Below, piece by piece: positions 54,909 through 64,000 of a DNA stretch of 64,000 bases. Positions within the stretch are counted from its first letter, which is position 1; each line of letters begins with the position of its first letter. A model generated the notes under the pieces. The model searched no databases, was not told the DNA's origin, and saw only the letters and a program-made list of their open reading frames with translations. The DNA lies in contig CP158636.1 of assembly GCA_050273025.1 (NCBI GenBank), positions 1,860,001 to 1,924,000 of the forward strand, given 5' to 3'. The translations under genes were made by a program, and so were the position numbers. Source of the DNA: Cenococcum geophilum. Lineage: Eukaryota.

Positions 54909-56169
54909 AACACACAGCACTAATATACTAGGAAGGTTCTATAATTAGCTATATAACCGCCTATATAATTATTATTATTAATTCTATTTATTACCCAATT
55001 TAGTCCCTTTTTAAGTCTATATAGGAAAAAGCCTAATAAGTGGAAAACCCTAAGTATTTCCTTTTAGCTAGTCCTACTCGTTCTATCTTCGCCTAGCTAG
55101 TATATCTTTATATCTTCTAGTCTACCTTATATACTATACTTTCTAGGTATATTAGAAGATCTAAAGGGGGTAGTAGGAGGGTTTAGCAATTTACTAGTAA
55201 GCCGCCTATAGCTAGGCGGGGGTATTTAGTCCTTAAGGGGCTAGAATAGGGCGTATTATTTAGTGTCCTCCTATTAGATCTTATATGCTATTTAAAACTA
55301 CTAAAGAATTCCTTTACCTATAAGCCATTTTACTACTACCTATAAGCCTCTACTTATAAAGAGTATCTAAGTAATATTATTTATACCTATATTAGTAAGT
55401 AGCTAGTTCCTTACTAAGCGGTAACTATAAAATAGTAGTATATAGTATACTAATTAAATAGGCCACCTATATATATATTAAGGTAAGATATTTAGAATAT
55501 AGATATTAGCTATATATTTAAACTTAAGACCTTTATCTATAGTAAAAAGGCGGCTATAGATTTTACCTTTATTAGTCCTTTATATAGGGAGAGAGTTAGT
55601 ATTAACTATAGGGTATTCTATATAGCTGCGTTATATATTTTTACTACCTTCTTCTATTATTACTTCTATTTAAGATCTGCCTATCTTATCTATATTAGTA
55701 ACCCCCTATCCTTTATTATTATTATAGCGCTTTACTAGTATAGCGCTAGGTCTTCACTTAGTAAGCTAATAGTTCCTATATTCTTTTTCTCTTTCTATTA
55801 CTTATAGGTAGAGGGCTTCCTAACTAGTATATTTAGGCGTATCGCCCCTTTAAGGGGCTATTGCTTTATATATATATCTCGTTCCTTATATATATTTTCT
55901 TCTACTAGGTAGTCTTATACTATAACTACTCTCTATATAGTAGTTAAGTTAATATATATCGACCTAGATCGGACTTTCCTTACTACTATTATACTACTAT
56001 CTAACGACCTAGGTCGTCTATACGAACTATATCTTAGTTATCTCTTAACTTATAACTAAATATCTTATTAAATATCTTATTACCTATTTCTATTATATAT
56101 TTTAACTTACTTATCTAGACCTACCTAATATATATAAAGAGCTTCTAGAGCCCTCTTTAATAGATAGAG

Positions 56170-59100
56170 TGTTAGGTAAAACCTAAGTAGATAGCTATAT
56201 AGCTGCGAGGTGCAGGCGACCCGTAGGCGACTCGCCTGTGAGGCACGTGCGCTGTACATGCCTATGGAAACCCCTTACCTCGCACCTTAGACTCCTCCTT
56301 CTCCCTTAAGGATTCGTCTCTGTCTATATAATATACCTATTGTTCTATTATTGGACTCCCTATCTATATCCTTACCTTACATTCAAATCCTTACTAATCC
56401 CTTTAGGAGGATAGCCGGTTTAATTTCCTACGATCTACGATGCCTCCGAAGACAAGATTAACGCCTATACTTAACGGTAATACGCCCGCGATACGACGGC
56501 AAAGCGCCTTAGCATCTAGTGCAGACGAAAACGCTAGTAGTATACCAGCAGAATCTGAGCCACCTTCCAAATCTTAAGATCAGACATTTACGAACGCTAG
56601 AGATTAGTTCGACTTATATACCTAGGCTCAATAGGAGCTTAGTAAGGTTACTAGCGTCTTACTAAATACTGCTAACCTAAAGAAGCTAGATGAGCTGGCT
56701 AATAAAATAGCTAACTTACGGAGCATTATTAATTTAATAAAGCCCTCCTGTTGTCTCTCTAATGAAGAGTATAAGTCGCGCAGCGAACGCATATGATGAA
56801 CGAATCTCGACGCCCTGGTCAAGAAGTCACCGCCTAATATTGGTGGCACTACGCAACAGAAGTTTAACTGGTGGATTGCTGCAATCGAGAATTGATTCGA
56901 GATCTATGACGCTGACTACGACTATAAGCGACGTACGCGCTGGGCTATTAAAGGTCTTGTAAAAGAGAAGATAGTTACCTAACTAGTACATCGCTGTCTG
57001 GGCGCTAAAGATAAAGGTCCTCTACTATAGGACGAACTTAAGACTATAGTCTAAGACCAGATTAAGAACCCTATAGTAAGACGCTTTAAAAATGCTACTG
57101 TGTACTATACGACTGTAATAAAGGAAAACCAGAAGTTTGATACCTTCTTAGCCCGTATACGTAGCTTAAAGGACCTCTTCTCGTATACCCCTTTTGTTAA
57201 TCTTAATTAAGAGGTAGACTTTTGGTTCTTATGCCTCCCAACCTACTTATAAGTAGAGCTCTTCCGCTAGAACTTTGCTATACGGGTAAGAACCGCTAAA
57301 GACCTCTTTACAGAAATCCGCTGTGTAGAGTAACTACTCTATACTATAAAGCTCGCGGAAGACCGCGTAGCTAATAGCGGTAGATCCTTGTGTTTAAAGC
57401 GCGGTCATAGCATAGGCTCCGCAGGGTTAGGTTTAGAGGACGAAACCTTAGGAAGGCGACGCTTTCCCAACTAAGCTCTAAGGGAGACTACTTAACAGCC
57501 GGACGGCTCTAAGGACCCCCTAGACGCTAGCACTGCGAATATAAATTGCTAAATAAATGCAGCTTTTGGAAAACCTAAGGCCCTAGCAGCGTACCTCTTG
57601 GCTGCAACTAGGGCCTAATATAGAGGGAGAAGAGGAACGCATTATAGTATATATTGCGATAGATACGCCCTAGCGAAGTCCGCCTATATACTTAATATAA
57701 CAATAGGTGCTAAATTAACCTTAATGCTAAGCTACCTAAGACTAGAATACCGTATACCCTAAATATATATTATGCGCAGGACATTATAACCTAATGTTAG
57801 ATAAGAAGACTAGGATAACGTATACCCTAAACGCATTATACGCAGGATATCACAACCTAACGTTAAAGAATAAGACTAGGATACCGTATACCCTAAACGC
57901 ATTATACGCAGGATATCGCGACCTAATATTAGAATGAGATTAGGATAATATATACCCTAAACGCATATTATATACAGGATATCGCAACCTAACGTTAGTA
58001 TAGGCAGAAGGCTTAGATACCGTATACCCCTAAACATATACTTTATATAATTATATCGCGACCTAACTACGTCTATGCCTATACTATATCAAAAAGTTGC
58101 GGGTTATAGGCCTTATGGGCGGCCTTAGTACTACTATACTAATAACCTAGCGCCGGCAAACTAGAGCGTCTTGCTATTCTTACTAAGACTTTAACCGACC
58201 TATAGCGCTAGACCCTTGGCCCAGGTAACGGTCCCCTATAATAACCCTATAAGTTACCTTACTAGTACTAGCTTTGCGTAGAGCCTCGTGCTATAGTAAG
58301 TGGTAGTAGTAGCTACCTTAGCTAAAACAGCTTATAGAATACCCCTAAGTTACTAATCCATCTATAGAGTATAAGGGACGCCTTTATACGCTCTACACGC
58401 GACCACCTAGGGGCAAGTTCTTACTGGCAACACTTAAGGACTCCTAAGGCATAATAAGGTCTAGCCTTATTAAGGACCTCCGTAAATACCTAGGTACTAT
58501 AATACCTGCTAACGCTTAAATCGCACTGCTATACACCTTATGGTGAGCTGTAGCCCTTAAGGCCCCTATATAAGCCTAGCGGTATTACTTACTTAACTCT
58601 ATTACGGATCTCCCTAAGTCTAAGACACCTCCTTATCCTTATAAACCGTTTCATAAAGCTAGTATGTTACTACCTAGCCTTATAGCTAAAGCGTAAGCAA
58701 AAGGCAAGCGCTACTGCTGCTAAGACATAGCCTATATTAAAGAAAGGCAGAGGACGTCCTAAGGGATTAAGGAATAAGCCAACGCTTATAGTAAGAGTTA
58801 CGGTATATATACGGGGTGAAGCTTAATTCACTAATATCCTATATAAGCCACACTCTACCGCAACCTAGCGACTCGCAGGCGACTCGCAGGCGAGGCTATG
58901 GCGCACCACTAGTGACCCCAAAGCAATTAAAAAGTACTCTCCTAGGCCTAGACCTAGTCCGTCACTCTATACTACCTTTACAGACTATTTATATATTAGG
59001 TAATAGGTCCGTCTAAGACCAGGGTCCTTTAACCGGGGTCTACGACCCGCTAGTAACCTATTAGTAGTAACCTATACCAACAACTTATACTAGATAAGTC

Positions 59101-60114
59101 TGTCTATAACCGAGGTCCTTTAACCAGGGTCTTTAACCTATTAGTAACCTACTGGTAGTGACCTATACTAATAACTTATATTGTCCTACACCTGTTTAGG
59201 ACTGGGGTCCTTTAACCGGGGTCCACGACCTGCTAGTGACCTACTAGTAGTGACCTATATAGATAACTTATATACTATTCCACGCATATATTATATAGAT
59301 AACGCGTAAGGCTAAAGTAAGGGTCAGCGGCGGATTTAATGGGTATATAGCCTTACTATCCTAATCTGGCTGTATATAAGTAACCTATAACCTACCCGCG
59401 AAGTATATATAGCGCTACGCCGGTATAGCGCAAGGCTAAAGCAAGGGTTAGCGGCGGGTTTAACGGGTATACAGCCTTACCGTTTATAAATCTGGCTACA
59501 TGCAAGTAACCTATAACCTACTCGTAAGGTACTAGCGACCTATCTATATAAGCAAGCTTTTGGAATATTTTATATCTACTAAATTTAGGCGATAGCATTA
59601 AACTATTAGCTCTACCTATTAAACGGACTAATTAGGATTTTCCATGCCAGGTATATAAAATCGCTATTAGCTTAGTGAAATGTAGGGAAGTCTTAGTAAG
59701 CCAAATCTGACCAATTAGACAACTTTAACCGGCGGTTGAAGTTCCTTAACATTTTCGCGTAAGTATACTACCTGTCTCTCTATACGCAAAATTAGGACGC
59801 TCTTTCCCTTCCAATTTTTTCCTTATTAAGGTTTTTATAGGGTTTTATTAAGGCCTAAGTATATAAAGAATCGGGGACGACCCTTTTTAAAGGGGGGGGC
59901 ATTATTAGGTAAAACCTAAGTAGATAGCTATATAGCTGCGAGGTGCAGGCGACCCACAGGCAACTCACCTGTAAGGTACGTGCGCTATACATACCTATAG
60001 AAACCCCTTACCTCGTATCTTAGACTCCTCCTTCTCCCTTAAGGATTCGTCTCTGTCTATACAATATACCTATTATTCTATCATTAGACTCCCTATCTAT
60101 ATCCTTACCTTACA
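56170..60114 (+). mobile_element. Non-autonomous LTR element (3.9 kb) with a decayed gag-like ORF and no pol
   Basis: 212-bp LTRs at 56170-56381 and 59903-60114; TSD TAGAG/CAGAG; PPT aaaggggggggc; decayed ORF from ATG ~56440 (MPPKTR); tandem repeats at ~57745-58075 and ~59010-59530; no RT motifs seen. Confidence 0.88.
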
Positions 60115-60425
60115 CAGAGTTCTTATCCTTAATTAACTATTTAATAATATATAAGTCTAGTAGTAAAACTAATGCTTTATATTCTAGTATAGCGCGTAGT
60201 ATTCTTCTATAGGCCCCTATAGTTCTATATAGGTACTAGTTTTATAGCTTAGCTAGTAGCGCTAAAGAGCTTTTTATTAATACCTTACTATTTAGTCTTA
60301 GGCCCTTAATTTAGGAGCTATATAGTATTATTAACCTTATTACTACTATATATAGTAGGCGTATATATTTAAAAGAGGGTCCTTATATTAAGGTAGTTAT
60401 TTATAATACTACTAAAAGTACTACT

Positions 60426-63400
60426 TATTACGGCACTGGCAGAACTTAGCAGAACTTGGCAGATCTTGGTAGAACTACGCACCGGCAAGTTGCCACAGAT
60501 TGCCGCATATTGCGATTACGTGTGTAAAGATCTTATAAAACATCAAACGGCGCTACTCTTCTTCTCCTTTCCTTTCCTTAGCTTTAGATTCTCGTTTATA
60601 GACAATCTAATTGTATAGGCTTGCGCGACCCTTTTGCCGTGCTTATATCTCAATTAACTAAGTCGCTAACATTATCTAAAGCTTACTCTACTCTTTCTTC
60701 TTAAGAAGGAACTTAAATATATCTACCAGAATACGGAATAGGACCACAAGAATAGGACCTAAAAGAAAAGAACAGAACCCTAAGAAAAAGAATAAAACCC
60801 TAAAGAAAGGACCTATAAGACACGCATAGACCAGAACCCCTAAAGAAATTACCTAGAATTACCTAACACCCCTATTACTATACTACAAACCACAGTAGCA
60901 GATAAAGCAGCTGTAGGACCCTCAAATACTTTAGATAAAGAAATAATTAACGTTTCAACCCCCTAGGCGGAGCTTGCGGCCGCTAATACTAAAATTAAAC
61001 GACTACGAGAGCTGCTTAAAGCTAGAGATACCCCTATATCTAATAATAAGTCATTATTAGATAACTAAAGACTTGCTATAGTCCTTTAGGCCCTATCCTA
61101 ACGCCTTAGTAGACCCACTAAGGCCTATATAGCACTAAAGCGGTCGGCAAAGGTTATAGATCCCCTACTACTTACGGACGGAACCGACCCTATATTTAAT
61201 AATTAGAAGCTTTAATTACGGGATAAGCTTAAAGTTAATATAGACCACTTCCCTAATACCTAAGCCAGAATGGCTTATATTTTCGGCCGTACTAATAGAG
61301 ACACCTAGACGTATTTACGCTTGTAATATACTAAAGACTTAGTAAACCCCTTTATCTCTAAAGAAGAAATAATTAAACACTTATCTTCTATTTATAAAAA
61401 CCCTTTTAAAGTATATAACGCCCGTCTTAGCTATAAAAGCCTAAATATAAAAATAACGGAGACCTTTTTAGCCTTTTAAACCCGCTTTCTATACCTAGCC
61501 GGATAGGCCTAGATCCCCTAAGAAGACCTACTACTAGACCTCTTTAACAAGCTTACCCTAGACCTACAGCAGGCCGTATTACTAGCTTATACTACGGCAT
61601 AGATGTTAAAGGAACTTATGGACTATTACCTAGCTATTAACTAAGACCTCTATTAAATTAAGGCACGCGCCAACCGGTTAAAAACTAGAAATTTTATAAA
61701 TAAGGCCATAAGTACTGCGAGTATAGCCTATAGTGCCCTAGTATAATCGGCAACTCCTATAGTTAACCTAGCAGCTAGCCGCGCAGCTACCCCTACTGTA
61801 GGCCCGGTATACACCCGGCCTATATACAGCGACCCCTATATATAGGCCCTTAGCAATTAAAAAGCTTACTTCTTATATAATTAAATAGGCTACCCTATAA
61901 TGAACTACCTAATAAAGGCAAAGACAAACAAGGTCCTATTAATTTAGAAGGATAGTATAGAGCTAGAAAAAGAGGAACCCTAGAGGAAGACTTCTCTTTA
62001 GGGTTAAAAGGGATCGATATATTATATATTAATCTAGGTTAGCTAGTTAGTAAAAAAAGCTACACTATCCCTTATACTTTATTTTATAATAGATATTAAG
62101 TTTTAACCTCTGCTTTAGCTAATTTAGAAATAAATACCTTCACCTTAATTAATATAAAGTGCGCTACAAAACTGGCTAACTTTTTAAATATACCCCTTAA
62201 AGAACTGCCTAAACTAGTCCCTATTCGCGGTTATAACGGACAGATAAAACCACTTATTATAACTATCTTACAGATCTACCTCCGCGTTAATAGATAAAGG
62301 CGGTATAACATCCCCTTCCTTATTATAGACCTTAAAAGCTATAATATAATCTTAGGGAGAAAATAGCTAGCCTATTTAGGCTTATAGCTTAATATATAAA
62401 ATAGGCAGCTTATCTAGCCCAAAAATATACCCCTAACGCCTTCCTTTATAAAAGAGATTAGTATTACAATAAAAAACCTTATATAGCCGTAGATAAACAC
62501 TATTTACTAGTCCAATACAACGCGTAGGGACTAGGCTTTTAAGAAGGATATACAGCTTAATCCGCAACAGATCTATATACTACGCCGCCCCTAGACTACC
62601 TATATTACACTACCCGCACTAAAGATTTAGGAAGTTAGTAGTGGCCTAGCTAAGTCCCCAATAAAGAACTTAGGCCCTATATAGCCATAAAAAAAGGCTA
62701 GGGATATTAGATAATATACTAAACTAATAGACTAAAAGGATAACTTATAGAAAATAGAATATAAGCTAAGGAAGACTATAAACCCTATACCGCAAAATAC
62801 GGCCTAATAAACATCTGTAAAGAAACCCACAGACCTCCCGCTAGTTAATATCTGCTATATTAGCGCTATAGAATTCTACTAAAACCTAGTTTAGCCTAAT
62901 ACCGTTACCTTTATAACTAGCTTATATAAAATTAATTAAATAATTAAAGAGAAAGAAGCCCTAGCCTAAGAGAAAGGTAAGCTTATAGATAAAAAGCTAG
63001 TAGAACAAAAACTGCCCTATTAATATTAGAAATTTAAAGATACCTTCTCTAAAGTAGTATCTAATATACTCCCGCCTCACCGACCGTATAACTATAAGAT
63101 TAAAATTAAGCCGGATAAGGTGGTTACCCTTAGCTATAGCCCCCTCTAATAGCAATCTACTACTGAATTATAGGCTATAAAGTAGTATCTTATTAATAAC
63201 CTAGATAAGGGCTTTATTAAGCCTAGTTAAGCCCCTTTTAACTTACCTATTCTCTTTACTAAAAAGCTAAATAAAGGACTTCGTTTCTATATCAACTACC
63301 ATAAGCTTAATAATTTAACCCTTAAAGACTGCTACCTACTACCTTTACTTAATAAGACTTTGGCCTAAATAAGTAAAGCTAAAATCTTTATAAAGCTTAA

Positions 63401-64000
63401 TATCCGCCAGGCTTTTTACTAAATTAGGATAGACCCTAAATTAGAAGACCTTACTACGTTTCGGACCTATTACGGAACGTATAAATATAAAGTACTGCCT
63501 TTTAGACTGATTAACGGACCGGCCACATACTAACAATACATAAATAATATACTATTTAACTACCTTAATAACTTCTATACAGCATACCTAGATAATATTA
63601 TAATCTATTTTAAAAATAAACTAGAATATAAAGAGTATATCTATAAAGTCCTATAACGGCTTTAGAAAGCTAGCCTCTAAGCCAATATTAAAAAGTTAGA
63701 ATTTAGTATTAAGTATATAAAATACCTAGGGTTTATTATTAGTATAAACGGGATTAAGGTAGACCTAAAAAAGATGGCTATAATTAACTAATAGGTACCC
63801 CCAAGGACCGTAAAGGGGGTATAGTCATTCTTAAGGTTCTATAACTTCTACTAACGCTTTATTAAGAACTACAGCAGGATTACCCGGCCACTAAGCCTAC
63901 TTACCTATAAGGACCGGCCCTTTCACTTTAACACTATATATAGGCAGGCCTTTAACGAGCTTAAGAAATGACTAGTCTCTGCTCCCTTACTCGCCTACTT
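60426..64000 (+). mobile_element. Ty3/gypsy retrotransposon (second family): 5' LTR, gag, protease, RT; runs off the right end
   Basis: LTR ~60426-60671 (T[G]TTACGG...CTAACA); gag DPPLLTDG.DP.F.NW (~61160); zinc knuckle (~61865); protease D.ILGRKWL-like (~62345); RT PILF.KK...GLRF.I.Y.KLN (~63245), KVLPFGL.NGPAT (~63490) and YLDD-like (~63585). Confidence 0.93.

Larger units (their letters stand above)
53701..64000 (-). mobile_element. Array copy 4 (inverted, Y end first), interrupted by two LTR elements and incomplete in the window
   Basis: Starts ttatctcggtcctagacgatc; 53742-56169 and 60120-60425 are colinear with copy 2 (~19990-22790). Confidence 0.85.

Noticed and set aside
7669..54910. 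Repeat ORFs (ALLK/RASC/VEAL/QSFV) as genuine CDSs
   Set aside because: They are translations of 12-bp minisatellites that are open in several frames on both strands; not called as genes.
7233..64000. Starship or telomeric array
   Set aside because: No DUF3435 captain motifs recognised at either end and no tandem TTAGGG tract.

Overview
Eukaryotic DNA from a filamentous ascomycete. It is AT-rich with massive TpA excess and CpA/TpG (plus CpG) depletion, the signature of repeat-induced point mutation (RIP); the species cannot be determined from the sequence. Bases 1-1067 are the 5' end of a minus-strand Ty3/gypsy element. Bases ~2280-6990 are a small island of decayed genes: a cyclase-like fragment, an unknown ORF, a DUF6594-like gene and an NLR/STAND N-terminal domain. 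From 7233 to the window end lies an array of at least four copies of one ~9-12 kb element with no recognisable transposase, in strictly alternating orientation (7313-19729 >, 19738-31704 <, 31713-53692 >, 53701-end <). Its termini are TTGTCTCG(G/T)TCCCAGAC, it has 12-bp subterminal arrays, and its cargo is folded-back Tad-like LINE relics. Every junction carries the same asymmetric 8-bp spacer (GTCYRRTA, once flipped), and that motif also sits inside the element's own termini. This produces a ~24 kb palindrome and two further palindromic junctions. Nested insertions are a pristine 536-bp self-priming TRIM, a TIR element, a full copia, a full chromoviral gypsy, a gag-only LTR element, a solo LTR and a second gypsy running off the right end. 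No intact host gene is supported. All alignments were done by eye.
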